Below, one piece after another: positions 1 through 13,989 of a stretch of DNA of 64,000 bases; position 1 is the first letter of the stretch; each line of letters starts with the position of its first letter. The stretch lies in assembly GCA_951406725.2 (NCBI GenBank), contig OX597818.1, positions 110,360,001-110,424,000 of the forward strand, read 5' to 3'. Made by a program: the position numbers and the translations under genes. This DNA is from Octopus vulgaris (Eukaryota). The notes under the pieces are model-generated. The model searched no databases. It was given only the letters and a program-made list of their open reading frames with translations, and was not told the DNA's origin.

Positions 1-46
1 TAACATCGAACGCATCACGTCTCCCACCACCACCACCACCATCACA

Positions 47-77
<31 letters not shown>

Positions 78-1173
78 TCTTATGTAGCACCACTGTCGCC
101 ACTACCATGTTGGACCAGAATAATTCTCATTTGCCAACACCAACGCTATCTTCGACACTACCATCGCCAATACCAATACCCAGAAGAGAATTGTTGAAGC
201 CATCATCACTATCAGTGCTGCCTCTTTCAATACCACCACCATGCCACCTATCACCACAACCACCAACAGCAACAACAACAACAACAACAATATTAACAAC
301 AGCAACCACAGAATTAATGAAACCACCACCCCATCGTCAACACCAACATCATCAACAACATGATCACCCGCTTCAGAGTGACTGAAATTATTACTACCAT
401 CATTACACCACCAACAACAAACCCCACCACCACCACCACCACCACCAATACCATCAACAACAAAACAACTGTTACATTTGCAACAAATCAACTGTGTAGC
501 TTCATCTAACATAAGATACACCAAAAACAATAGACATATTGAAAAATCAATGTTTACCAAGATCTGAGAGGAAGCTAGCGTTGTGGTTTGATGTAGCCAT
601 TTCCACGGGGAACAATACCAGTTCTATTACAGACTTGACAATGGCTTTTTTTTTTTTTGCCTTGATCTGGCATCAAGAAATATTGGTTTGTGGCTCCTTC
701 AGTTATAGCCACATCAAGTTCTGTTGCTATAGACATACGGCATAATGGATGTTGAATGTGGGAATTTGTACGTGTGTACGTGTTTGTATGGATGGACGGA
801 CGGATGGACGGAAGGATGGATGGATGGATGGATATTCAAACAGAATGGATACATGTGTGTGTGTGTACGTGCACATTTCAATAAACAAATATGTGTGCGT
901 GTGCATATTGGTTTGAACGTATGGTTGTGTGCGCATGTGCGTACGTACGTAGATATGTATAAATACAGCTACGTATGATGCATATATATAAATATATTTA
1001 TATATATGTTTGTATATATATATATATATATATATATACGCATACATGCGTTTGTATATGATATCTATATGTATGTGAGTGTGGGTGCGTGCATGCTTGT
1101 TTGAACGTATGGTTGAGGATGTATGTGCGTACATATGTAGATATGCATAAATACGGGTAAATATGCATAGATT

Positions 1174-1219
<46 letters not shown>

Positions 1220-2407
1220 AGTGTGTGTATGTATATATATATATGCATATGTATATACATATAAATACATATATATATATGCGTGTGTATATGATATCTA
1301 TATGTATGTGAGTGTGGGTGTGTGCGTGTGCATGTGTGTGTGTGCGTGTATTTGTGTGCATGCACGTGTGTGTGTATGTGTGTGTGTGTGTGTGTGTTTC
1401 GCTTCCATACATTGAGCACCTGCAACCTGCTACCCTGTTTGTTATCTTGTTTAAACACATGCTCCATACGATAAGCATTATTTAATATCATCACGTAAGG
1501 AATGTTCCTTTTCATATAACCCACAGCTCAGCTGATTCGCGCAACTTCTTTCTACGTCACCGCTGCATATCCGTTCGTCTATGTGCGTGTACGCATGAGG
1601 TGTGTGTGTAGATTCATTTTCCTATTCTGTTAAATGCATGGGTGCATGTGCGTATGATATACCACAAGGCATTACGATCTAAATCTACTCCTGATTGATA
1701 AACCCTCCCACCTAAAAAAAATCACACACACACACATCTTTCATATTGTTTGACTTTTCTATTGCTACTACAATGGTCTCAGTTTCTTAAAACTAGTCAA
1801 CTATACACTTTTGTGTGTGTGTGTGTGTGTTTGTGTGTATGCATGTATGTATGTATATATATATGTATATATATACATACATATGTATATATATATATAT
1901 ATATATGTATGTATATATGTATGTATGTTTGTCCCCCAACATCGCATGACAATCGATGCTAGTGTGTTTACATCCCCGTAGCTTAGCGGTTCGGCAAAAG
2001 ACACCGATAGAATAAGTACTTGCGCTGTTTAATGTGCATGCGGCTATTGTAAGAAAAGAGATGAGCAGGGTTGACAGAATCGTCAGAAGGTCGAAGAAAA
2101 TATCATGTGACCATTTATTTCGGGGCCATCTTTAATCATCTTCTTTTCAGGTTTCGATAACCTAAAATACCAATCCAGTCAATGAAATCGCTAAATCCTC
2201 CCATCAAGATTTCTGGCCTTGTGCCTAAATTAGAGACAATTATAATATATGATCAATAATTGTTGGTAAAAGGCCAGCTATATCAGGGGATAATTTATCG
2301 ATTACATTGACTGATACTTTATTTTATCGACCCTCAATAGAGAAAAAAAATAGCGAAGTGACCGTAGCGGTGTTGGAGCTCAGTGCAATAATAGCTGGAA
2401 TATTATG

Positions 2408-2633
2408 CAGGGTGCGGCAGAAGTAATGCCCTTTTATATTGAATCATGTTGTTTTGATGAAAGAATACTTAGTAAATTTCCGAAAACTTGTGCGATTTGT
2501 TTTCATGAGTTTATTATTCATTTCTTTAAGTAATGCAATAAAATTTGTGTTCAATAAAAAAAATTACTATAAAAATATTTATATTCTATAAAAAATATGA
2601 AATGCAAAAAGGGCGTTACTTCTGCCGCACACG
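2408..2633. mobile_element. Tc1/mariner-type MITE
   Basis: About 24-bp terminal inverted repeats (TIRs) cagggtgcggcagaagtaatgccc / gggcgttacttctgccgcacacg, TA at the right flank, AT-rich non-coding interior. Confidence 0.7.
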
Positions 2634-3612
2634 TATTATAATCCATCTTTTCTTATTATAGGCACAAGGCCTGAAATTTGTGGCGTTTTGAATTCAGAAC
2701 GTAAAGCGGTCAGAAATGCCCTTAAGCAGTTTGACTGGTGTCTTAACAATGCAGCCAGCTCGCCACCTTTTATTGCATTATAATTAAGGATAATTAATTA
2801 TCATAGTTATTGTTTTCCCTTATTAGTGCTGACGTGTCATCAAATGTTGAGCTTTTCGATTCGCTTCAGCAGCGCTACTGCCAATAACATCTGTTAATTC
2901 CAAGCAACAAATTGTAACTGAATTATAACTATTATTAAATTATTTTATAAAATATGGGTTTTAATTATTGCCTAGGAACAATTATTCTAAGATTCTATCG
3001 TGCAATTAAGATCGTTAATTGCCAATTCAGTTAGAACTAGCATTATTGTCGATTAAAATCGATGAAGAGACAAAATGGCAGAATAGAGCTTATTGTCAGC
3101 AGACTAACTTCTCTCGCTGTTACTCCGAGGGTCACCTTCCGGGAGACCGGCAACGCAAGCATCTTAGCAGCGGTTAGTGAATTTTTCGTCTTATATCAAG
3201 GTCATTTATGTATGTATTCATGTATGTATCTATCTATCTATTTCTCTCTCTCCCCCCCTCTCTCTATATATATACAGAGAGAGGGGGAAAGAGTAGCCTG
3301 CGGTATACACCTTGCCCGGATATTTACCACTTCTGAGGTTCTGCTCGCTATGAAACATATTCAACCCGGATCTTATCTATTCCATTCCTTAACTCTTGTA
3401 TTCTTATTCGCATACCCGAGAACCCTGGTTGCCTACCGTGAAATATAAAAAGAACCTTTTTCAGTTCATCGTACTTCGATACAAAAAATTCACAACCTTC
3501 CGTCTCAATAAACTACTAGCGTTCCTGAAAGTTGCTTTTCGTTTTCACTATGGATTGCTTCAAACTCACTTTCTTCCTACATCCTTATCCTCCGATCTTA
3601 TATTTATAAGTG

Positions 3613-3688
<76 letters not shown>

Positions 3689-3719
3689 CAAAATATTATA
3701 TAATTATTCACATAATCAT

Positions 3720-3840
3720 AAGGGATCGGCTTTACACCTCACCACGCACTGCAAGAATAGAAGCTAAAAGCCCCTACTACCACCTTAAAATCTCCGAGAA
3801 TATCACATTAGTGCGTAGTGAGGTGTAAAGCCGATCCCTT
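3720..3840. repeat. Inverted repeat (31-bp arms, 59-bp spacer)
   Basis: aagggatcggctttacacctcaccacgcact (3720-3750) and agtgcgtagtgaggtgtaaagccgatccctt (3810-3840) are reverse complements with one mismatch; next to microsatellite. Confidence 0.85.
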
Positions 3841-4387
3841 GTTATAATTATATATATAATCATAAAATATTTAGTAAAATATTTAGTAAAATGTACCTAT
3901 GAGGTTTATATTTCCGCACTGACTACCTGGTAAAATTATTATTGATTTTACCCTTTCATTATAAATAATATATATATATACATATAACCAACTATCCGTC
4001 TATCTATCTATCCATCTATCTATATAACTATCTATCTATCTATCAATCTATCCATCCATCTATTCTCTATCAATCTATCTAGCTAGCTATTTATCTGTCT
4101 GTTTGTCTGTCTGTCATTATAGCAAGTTCATAACGCATGTTTCTCTAACGTATCGACAATCGGCACCAGATTATCCAACAATGTATTCAGTAAGAAATTA
4201 TTACCCTCCACAATGTGAAAACCATCTTCTGGATGCTGATTTCTGTCCTAAATTTTTGCGTTACATATTTATGAACATTATTGAAGCCACGTACAACTAT
4301 TGGTTATAAGCGGTCCTATGGTAATTGGCGGAACAGTCTTGTTCTGTAACTGGATTGTATGGGAACTGGTGAATAACAGGGGCAGCG

Positions 4388-5025
4388 TTGGAGACTTCCT
4401 CCTGGTATAATACATCAAAAGGAAGGTTAATTACGCTACAGCCGCCCACAATGAAAGCTGAATTCAACATAACTAGTAACAAGAGATCCACTGTACGAGC
4501 ATTTGATTTCCCTGAGATAACAGCCAACGATTCTTCAAATAAGACCACATTTGATAACATACACTTATATGCACTTAAAAGAACGGTCATAGATAGAATG
4601 TCTCAGTTAGCACTTGTAATAATAGGAGCGTTGAGATGTTCCTATCCTGCCATATTTATTTGTCGCTTAACTCTACAATTTCATAGCTAAATATGTCGCC
4701 ACGGACATAGCACGTTGGCGATGTGAACATGGACTGACGTCTTCTCAACTATCGGCTACACTACGAACTCGCTGTCCTTAAGAAAATACATAGCTATGAA
4801 TATTATCCATAGACATTGATACTTTAATATCAATGCTCGTACAGCAATATCACTGCAATATTAAACATAATATATTGTCTCTAAGAATTGATCGCCATTT
4901 TTATGTAGGTTGTCAGTTCTATAAATGGTTAGTCATAGCTTATGGCTGAAACATTAATGGTTATAGTAGCTTTGTCAAAGACATTGGAGTAGACAGCTGA
5001 CTCACACGCCATCTTGCAAACTACC
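4388..5025 (+). pseudogene. Possible decayed single-exon class A GPCR
   Basis: N-terminal ORF with several N-glycosylation sequons (NTS, NIT, NDS, NKT), then hydrophobic MSQLALVIIGAL. Downstream frames give NILSLRIDRHFYVGC (DRY-like TM3 end) and LMVIVALS...DSHAI (TM4-like). Many stops and frameshifts. Confidence 0.3.
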
Positions 5026-5145
5026 GTATACTTAAATACACACACACACAAGTACACACACACACCCATATATATGTGTGTGTGTGCGTGTGTGTGTGTG
5101 TGTGTGTGCGTGTGTGCATGAATATATATATGTATGTATATACAC

Positions 5146-5450
5146 ACAGTGGTTAGAGTGTCGAACTTACGATCATGAGGTTGCAAGTTCGATTCCCGGA
5201 CCGGGCTGCGTGTTCTGTTCTTGAGCAAGACACTTTATTTCACGTTGCTCCAGTTCACTCAGCTGTAGAAACGAGTTGCAACATCACTGGTGCCAAGCTG
5301 TATTGGCCTTTGCCTTTCCCTTCGATAACATCAATGGTGTGGAGAGGGGAGGCCGGTATGCATGGGTGACAGCTGGCCTTCCATAAAACAACATTGCCCG
5401 GACTTTTGCCGGACAATCCCATGGCCATTCATGACCGAAGGGGGGGTCTC
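5146..5450 (+). mobile_element. tRNA-derived CORE-type SINE (family 2)
   Basis: A-box-like cagtggttag, B-box gttcgattccc, CORE-like ttgagcaagacactttattt. A homologous 3' part occurs in reverse at about 48235-48480. Confidence 0.75.
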
Positions 5451-5493
5451 CTCATATACATACACACATACGCATATATATATATACACATAC

Positions 5494-5533
<40 letters not shown>

Positions 5534-5640
5534 GAAAAATGTTTGGTAAATAAATAAATGACATAACGTATAGTGAGGGACAAACACAGATGGTGTCTAA
5601 TTCTTCATCAGCTATCAACCAATTGGTAATACTCATTTTA

Positions 5641-5678
<38 letters not shown>

Positions 5679-5827
5679 TAGAAAATGCTAAAATAATTTT
5701 ATCATAAAAATCATTTCAGTACCGGTTTCCAAAATTTAATAGTTTTTCCATACTTCCAGTTGAAAAAGTCTCAATAGCCGAAACCGGTACTGAATTTCTT
5801 TTTATAAAATTATTTTAGCATTTTCTA
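5679..5827. repeat. Diverged inverted repeat of a Penelope-like element (PLE) end, containing a degenerate hammerhead (5754-5794, +)
   Basis: tagaaaatgctaaaataattttat...ttcagtaccggtttc is mirrored by gaaaccggtactgaa...ataaaattattttagcatttttcta. Motif cag-TTGAAAA-...gcc-GAAAC-CG-GTA-ctg. Confidence 0.65.
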
Positions 5828-5878
5828 CTGTGGCTTTTTTTCCATATATATGGCACTATATGTACATATATATATACA

Positions 5879-6882
5879 CCGGTCTCACGCCATTTCCGCT
5901 CCACCGGTCACTCCTTGCAACACCTGTCTGTGTTCGGTTTGTCCTTACACAGAGGCCATCCGGATTCCCGTTTGCGCCGTGAACAAGAATTTATCTTCTC
6001 TCTTCGCTCTTATACGCCATTTGGTCTCAACTCTCCCCCCTCCTCATCTAACCCCCCCTCTCCCCTCCTCATCTAACCTCCCCCCAACCCCTCCTCATCT
6101 AACCTCCCCCCGACCCCTACTTCTCTTCAGTTCTCCTTCCTCCTTTCACCCCTACTCCTCTTCCCTTCTTCCCTCTTTCTCCCTCCCTCCTTCTTCCCTC
6201 TTCCCCTTCCCTCTTTCTCTCTGCTCCCTCACTCCCCTTCTCTCTCTCCCCCTCTCCCTCTATCCTCCCTCCTCCTCTCCCCCTCCTCTTCTCCTCTCCT
6301 TCCTTCTCCCCCTCCTCCTCTCCTCTCCTTCCTTCTCCCCCTTCCCCTTCCCCACTCATCTTCTCCCCTTTCTTTCTCCCCCCTCACCCCCCTTACCTCA
6401 CTCCTCTTCCCTCATCTCCTCTCTCTACACTACACCATACGACTTTACACATCACATCATATATACATACACACGTCCAGACCTCACATACGCACTAATA
6501 CTCTCTCATACACACACACACACTCTTCTCATACACACACACACACTCTTATGTTGGAGCGAGGTCATTCAACCCTATTATCTCCCCTAATTTCGCTCTT
6601 GCGTCTCATGTTTGACCTTTGACTTCTGGCCGAAATCAGATCGCCATGTTGATTCGCTAGCTTCTGCACGCATATTTTTTTTCTCTCCTTCTTTCTGTGT
6701 TTTTTCTCTGTGTATCTTTCTGTTGAAGAGCGTAGGCTCGAAACGTTAAAGACTTGTTTTATTTATATTTCCTGAGCGCCATACTAATACAATTGTTTGT
6801 TTCTATTCCACCTGCCTTCGTCTTTTGTTTATTTCCGTAAACCTGCCTTCGTCTTTTGTCTATTTTCATAAAGCTTCCCGTT
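5879..6882 (+). mobile_element. Neptune-type Penelope-like retroelement, 3' fragment (GIY-YIG C-terminus + pyrimidine-rich UTR + hammerhead-like motif)
   Basis: 5879-6040 translates PVSRHFRSTGHSLQHLSVFGLSLHRGHPDSRLRREQEFIFSLRSYTPFGLNSPP, matching the PVxxHF...E..I..L....P.GLN end of PLE GIY-YIG endonucleases. Flanked by (TA)n. The UTR recurs at 40163-41063. Confidence 0.85.
6715..6752 (+). ncRNA. Minimal type I hammerhead-like motif with atypical core
   Basis: TCTTT-CTGTTGA-A-GAGC-gtag-GCTC-GAA-ACGT-T-AAAGA: stem I TCTTT/AAAGA, stem II GAGC/GCTC, palindromic ACGT in place of stem III. Confidence 0.6.
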
Positions 6883-8178
6883 ATATATATATATGTATAT
6901 ATATAGATATATATATATATATATATAGTACATACATATATATATATATATGTATGTACATATGTACATACATATACATATACACATGCACATCACATAC
7001 GTACACAAACACACACACGCACAAATCATAGAGTAAGGGAAATAGAAGTAGCTTAGAACTCTTAGGCCGGGTGGGAAGTAGAATAAACGGGGTGAAGAGT
7101 CATTCCACAAAACCCAGAATCGCCACGTATTACATTCTTCTAACCCATGCAAAACATTCGCTACCATAAGCTTAAGAATCGGCATCCAACCTGCAAAATG
7201 AACGAATGTCAGCTATTTGACAGACGTTGTTAACATTATTGAAACCATTTCCGCAGAAACTGCAAACAACAGACCTTGTTTGTCATTATCGTCGCCAGCG
7301 CCTCCGAATGGTTTCGCCACGAAAAGTGCCATGAAGCGAATTACTTATAAAAGCGGTGGAACTACCAAAAATATATTAATTCTGCAAAGATCTTCGAACC
7401 TTCAAAAAACTGTATAAGACCTTAACGGACCCCAGCTGCACTTGCTTCTAAAAGAAAAGATTTCTAAAAAGAAGTGCTGTGGCCGTCTCAGATACTGAAT
7501 AGAAGAAGTTAACTTTTTCTTCAAAGACATTCTCAGCGATTTGATGACAGAACTAAAGGCTGAACACAATGAAGCCATCATCAACCAATCAAGCTCCAAT
7601 AACAATCTGAAATAACCAATCAACCAAGCTGAAATATTCAAAATTGAAGAATGTTGAGAGGGTCATCAGGGTAGCAGATTCAGCCTCTGTTCTTGGCCAA
7701 AGAGATGGACTCTACAAAGTGAGCTGCCCAGAGTTCGTCAGGTGCTTTCAGGGAATCTTGAAGGTGAAGGAGCGAAACGGGTGAGATCCTGTTTAGTGGA
7801 AGAATTTGGGTCAACAAAGAGTAAATTAAAAGAACATAAATTAGTTTCAGCCACATACGTGTGTGTGTGTGTGTGTGTACACAGTAGTAGAATGGAAACA
7901 AATTTTACTATTTCTCTGTAGATTGGAAAACTAATGAACAGTTTTAATCGCTTTTCAAAAGTTATTGGCTTCTAATCAGAGCTGTCGGCGTCACTGGACA
8001 ACTCCCAGGGAAATAAGCATCCAAACCCGTTTCTATACTCAGCAAATCCATTAGCGACGGCCGAACGGGGTGGAGCTGGTAAGGTTCGTCCTATGTGCGT
8101 TTAACACTTTATTTAATATCAGCGAACTATCACCAGTGGGGATTTATTTCAGTGCACATGCTCGCGCACACACACATA

Positions 8179-8217
<39 letters not shown>

Positions 8218-8829
8218 TAGAAGACATGATTAATCCAAAATTCCCAGAACGAAAATTTTGCATCAATTATAATAAAGATGATGATGATGATGATGAAGGA
8301 TGCAAGAGAGATTAGGTTGTCTCTTTCATTTCCTGGAGTGAAATAAATTGGTAAGACAACAATAACATGGTTGACAAAATAATTAATGACATCCCCGCAT
8401 GCTAGGTATAAATATTGTATGACGTCACTTATTTAATATGGTTAATTGCATAAATCGGATGAAGTGAGTATTGGTCCCTAATCAAGAGACATTACGTATT
8501 AATGAAGTGCTTAGTAAGAGCTTGTCAAATGATTGTTAAATATGTATATTTTATGGAGGAAAAAAAGATGTTTCGAAATTGTTTTTTATGTTGTGATCTC
8601 TTTACCCAACAAGTATAATGAAAAAGGATTGCTTTTGAAATAGAAATCAATATGAATGGTATTTATATTGAGTTCAAGTTTTGACCCAAGGCCAGCAATT
8701 TCGAGAGAGGGGTAACTCAATTACACCCCACCCACCCCCATTGTTCAGCTGGTACTTATTTTATCGATCCTCAAAAGAAGGAAAGGCAAAGTCGCATTCG
8801 ATGGTATTTGAATTCAGAAAATCGAGACG

Positions 8830-9218
8830 CCTGATTTTCTCTCCCTGTTTCTTTCTGTGTTCCTTTCTGTTGAAGAGCGTAGTCTCGAGCCATATGAACA
8901 TTTAATGTGGCTTTAGAGTCATGTTTTGACAGCTATTTCAGCGTAGTGGTATCTCTCAGGTACCCGAAATTATAATTTTATATATATATAGCTCTCGTGT
9001 GGGATCCCTCTGTCCGGCCTTCGCCATGATAGGTCGCTAGCCACCAAACCTTTTTTCTATTTTCTCTCCCTGTTTCTTTCTGTGTCCCTTTCTGTAGAAG
9101 AGCGTAGGCTCGAAACATAAAAGACTTTCTCACATCCCTAGTGTTAAACTAATACATCTGTTTGTTGTTTACACACCCGTCTTCGTCTTTTGCTTTGCTT
9201 TTTTTCGCAAATTCTTAG
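8830..9218 (+). mobile_element. Fragments of Neptune-like PLE 3' ends (related subfamily), hammerhead-like motif at 9087-9124
   Basis: ttctctccctgtttctttctgtgt..ctttctgt(t/a)gaagagcgtag occurs twice. The downstream ctaatacatctgtttgttgtttacacacc..tcttcgtcttttg resembles 6780-6830. Confidence 0.7.
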
Positions 9219-10269
9219 TATATATATATCATACCTTAATATTGTGTGGACTAAGATCCCCGTTGACAGGCCGCTGGTATTTATAGAGTGATCAACACTT
9301 TCAATATGCAAATTAAGGACTCCTTCATAGAGTAACTGCTGCATTTCTTGAGCATATAAACTGTTTGGCTGAATATTTCCTTGAGATTGTCAAAGTGTTA
9401 ACCACGCATTTGCTGAAAACCCTATAAGGCTCGAAAATCGATTAAAGTCGTTCATCGTTTTTTTTTTCAGTCTGCTGAGAAACGGCTAACATTTTCCCCT
9501 GTTTATAATTAAACCATATATTACGTATTTAATATTAAAAATTACAACATTTATTCAAACGTTCTTTTGGTGAGGAGAGAGATCAGAAACGCAAGCATTT
9601 CATTTGGAAGCAAAACTATTTCTATGCAGAGTAATTTACGGCTCATTTTTTTTATTTCTTACTTCGTTATGCAAACTATCTCTGAGTGCTTGCGTTACTT
9701 TTCGCTTATTTTTTATTTACTATTTCCAATAATTTACACCAACCAATGACTATTTGCTTCCTTATTTATTTATTTATTCATTTATTTCATTGCATAGAAA
9801 AGTTCGAATCGGTGGAGTCATTTTACTTTAAAATCTACGCAATTTTCATTCTCGAAACAACCTTTTTTTTTTTCTTAATTATTATTCTCCTTCTCTTCAA
9901 GTAATCGATCAAACACTCTTACGATACATTTAGTTTATTTTGCAACAGACAAAATCCCAATGAAAAACTGCTTCGCGGCTGCTGGATCGTACCAGATGTT
10001 TATATTCACGTCAATGAATTTTAAAGTTTTTACAGTTCCGAATAAATGCTAACACTCCACTCCACCAATTATTCTAAATATTCCATTATGTTATTTGGTA
10101 TTTAAATCAAGCTGCATTTATCTGCGTCTGTATATTCCTCTGTCTATGCGCCTGTATACACGCTTGCTTTTCTGCATGTACGTGTGTGTGCACGACTACA
10201 CATATATCGCCATTTTTGTTTGTTCCTCGGTATGTGCATGCACGTATTATGTGTGTGTGTGTGTGTATC

Positions 10270-10309
<40 letters not shown>

Positions 10310-10596
10310 TCCTATTATGCACTGTACTCATGTTAAATGCATTTTATTTTTCTTTAAAAAATATTTTGAAACCTAGCAACACCAAGAGAAACAACGCTTT
10401 CTTATGAATGGCCGCCATAGCATCTCCGTCGGAATCAGGCACCGTAAATAAAGAAATCAATCAGATGTTCTTATATTCCGATTTTGGGGGTAATATAACT
10501 ATTTCTGTTATAGAAGGGATTTCGATTATTTTGACTATGAATGGGAACTTATAATCAAAACTTACAATCTATACATACCGCTGTATTAAGGCTGTG

Positions 10597-10800
10597 AACC
10601 GGCAGAGTAGTGAGCACGCAAGGCATAACGTTTAACGGTATTTCGTCCGTCTTTACATTCTGAGTTCAAATTACGCCGAAGTCCACTTTGCTTCTCATTT
10701 TTTCGGGGTCGATAAAATAAGTACAAGTTGAGTACTGTTGTCAACTTACCCCTCTCCACCCAAAACTGTTGGCCTTGTACCAAAATTTGATAACCTATTA
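10597..10800 (+). mobile_element. SINE (family 3)
   Basis: ttctgagttcaaattacgccgaagtccactttgc...ttcggggtcgataaaataagtac...ggccttgtacc. Same family in reverse at 47890-48115, 2640-2770 and 8690-8820. Confidence 0.7.
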
Positions 10801-10818
10801 TATATATATATATTATAC

Positions 10819-10853
<35 letters not shown>

Positions 10854-12767
10854 TGTATGTATGTATGTATGTATATATATAGGGGGTGTATCAATTTATT
10901 TTATATTCTAAATGCCAAAATAGAGAACTCAAAACTTACAAATTCCTTTATGTATCTATACATTGAAAGAAAGACCTCAACATGGTAACCTTAACCATCA
11001 CATCGCAACCAATGGTAAATTTTAATATTCTTACCTGATTCAACGTTTCTTGGATTCATTCATTTATTTAGAACCGTATTTAGAACGTCCAATCAAATTC
11101 TAAACTTTAAAAGTATATTCTTTAAAACTATGCTCTTAAAACGAAGATGGCAATTCTGCTCGATTTACATTCCAGAAGCCAGTTACATGTGAACCTGCCT
11201 AAAATGTCGAAATGTCTGGGGTGCGATTGGAGTTTGCCTAACCATTAACACCATCTTTAGACCTTATATGATCAAAAGCTTTCTATTTTTCCGTCGGATC
11301 GATCCCCATTCGTCATCAGAGATTCGTAGACTGAATGCTCACTCGGAACATTTGCTTCCCCAGAAAAAGTAGTAAATTGAGGGTAGATATATTTGAGGGT
11401 AGATAGAGTTCAGGGAAAATATAATTCTGAGTAAATATAGTTACCTAGCACTAAAAAGGGATTAGTATTCCAGGAAATTCTATCAACAATATTCTCTAAG
11501 GGCAGCCGGAAGCTAACAACTTAAAGGTATCCATTCCCTAATCAAAGACTTATAGTGAAAGAAATTACGCATTTCATAATTCAATGACGTCATAAGAAAC
11601 AAGCAACTACATGTCAAAGAAGCCATGAATGGATGGAGTCGTCGTCTGATGTCTGCTTTACATTTTCGTTTATGACATCATTGGACTTCAAGTAATAAAA
11701 CTCCTAATAAAAGAATCCGTGATCATATCTCTTCCTGCATTTATTCTGACTTATTTACATGTAAAATCTTTAATTATTTATTCAGACAGTCGAACAAACC
11801 TCACAGAATAACGATACTTTAAACGAGATTCGCTGTCTTCCTGTTCGAAAACATTAGAATATATTCACAAGATTTTTGAGACTTCTTAAGGAGGTGGGTG
11901 CCTGGATGCTTCCGCAACCAACCTTTATTATTAGCAAGCATTTCAACCCACCTTGAACATATAAACTTGTTCGTGGCTGTTTTTCATTTGTTGTCGCTTA
12001 ATCTTTTTTAATAGGTTTCATCTCAAGATGTCAGGTGAATAAGTAATGTTTGTTTGTCACAGACATGTTTGCCTCTTCTAGATTATCCACTGCTTTTTTT
12101 TTTTGTTTTTATTCTTACTCTGATGTACTTAAAAATTCATAGCTCTTTGACACCGTCAAGAAAATGCAATTCAACATTGTTTCTTTTCCGTCTGCTCTGT
12201 CTTTAGTCGTTAGTGTTACTATTAGAGGTAACACATAACAACAAACTATGGCGTCATGCAGCTTTTCCTCGCAAAACTGTTAACACATGATTCATATTCA
12301 GTTGTATGCAAATCCCATTGTCACTTATTCTAAAATACCTTCACGTTTTCTTGGAGCGGAGAATTTCTTACAGCAGCGTATCCGACTGTATTTATTTTCT
12401 TTTCGTTAAGAGATTTGATACCACTCCAGGCGAGAATTGTACGTTGGTTGAGACATGCTGGCATTTGAAGTCATTAGGATTTTGAAAGCCAAGTGAAAAT
12501 AAATGAATGCGCAACCGTGTCTCCCCGCAACGCACGCATTCTTCTCACCTCAGCTGCGTTCCTATAATTGAATTATGCATCGTTATATTAACCGGCTGAC
12601 GAAACTGGTTGCCGGCTTTACAGTGAAGAAGGCAGCAACGTTTCGAAGGCAGGCCATTTCATGAATATTGTTTTATATACTTTCATGTATATGTGTGTGT
12701 GAGTGTGTATATGTGGGCATGTGTGCGTGTATAATTGTATCTGTATATGCATGTACATATACAATAC

Positions 12768-12805
<38 letters not shown>

Positions 12806-12855
12806 ATATATATATATATATACGTATACGTATATATGCATATCTATCTAGCTAG

Positions 12856-12914
<59 letters not shown>

Positions 12915-13034
12915 TGTGTATGTGTATGTGTGCTTGTGTGTGCGTGCATGTGTGTGTGTGTATTCATATATGGAAAAATGTGCATTCATATATGGAAATA
13001 GCGACAGACAGACATACAGACAGACAGACAGACC

Positions 13035-13096
<62 letters not shown>

Positions 13097-13989
13097 TGTG
13101 CAGATACAGATATGGCTCTACCGTCGATTATTTCAAAAACTGATTGAATTGCATATGTCAACTATTGTGTAAATGCAGAACCAATAAATGGAATAACTAA
13201 AGAGAGTGTGGATGGCCGCATGGCTAAACAGCTCTTTTCTATTGTCTTGGAGGGAAACTAGACAAATGGAAAGTCCGCCGGAACCAGATGGATGAATTCT
13301 GCTTATATTTCAAAGACCCACCTCCATCACTTTGTATCGCAATGATTAGGCCTAAGAATTGAGTTGAGGATACATGGACATTTAGAATACTCAAACTCTG
13401 CACGTTAATCCAATCGGCAAGTTAATTCAATTGATGGAAGAAGTGAAACGATCATCCTCGAAACTGGCGAAAGTCCATTTATTTTATAGTTCTATTATTA
13501 CAGTATTCAGTCATTCTAAAAGGTTTCGTGATAATGCATTTAGCTTTTCTCTTCAAGATTTTTTTTATTATTGCTGTTGTTGTTGTTGTTGTTATTTAAT
13601 CCTGGGTCTGTTACCAGTTCCAAATAATAATTGACATAAAGTGCCATTCATTGTCCAAACATAATCAAACATTCCTATTTAGTGCCAAGCCAACCTATGA
13701 TCAAAGACATTCGACAGATGACTGATGACTATCTTGTCTTTTCTTTAGACATATCGTATCTAGAGCCACGTTGTTCAGCCTGGCCTAATCTTTTTTAAGG
13801 CGCTAAGGTGTGATTAAAGAATGATTTAATCGCTATTTCCAGCAACTCACACAGACGTGCAAAGACGTCACAAACGTTGATCGGGATTTAGATTTCCGTC
13901 TTCACATCATAACGCAGAAAACAACCATAGAATCCAAGAAAAACTGGAATCATTGCAGACTGATCTTCTATAATTTATTCTATTAATCT

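Noticed and set aside
1-560. Pro/Thr/His/Gln-rich ORF at the window start as a host exon
   Set aside because: Trinucleotide-repeat sequence with stops in all frames and no recognisable domain; it could be UTR, but a CDS is not supportable.
727-1524. 265-aa and many similar ORFs rich in YI/HT/CV/LSIY/poly-I/poly-L
   Set aside because: They are translations of (TA)n, (CA)n, (GATA)n and (AAT)n microsatellites, which lack stops in some frames.
5146-5200. tRNA gene
   Set aside because: A/B boxes are present but run into a SINE body without a full cloverleaf; the same holds for the other SINE heads.
5850-6590. 246-aa Pro/Ser/Leu-rich ORF
   Set aside because: Wrong frame; the real signal is the GIY-YIG C-terminus from 5879 followed by a pyrimidine-rich UTR.
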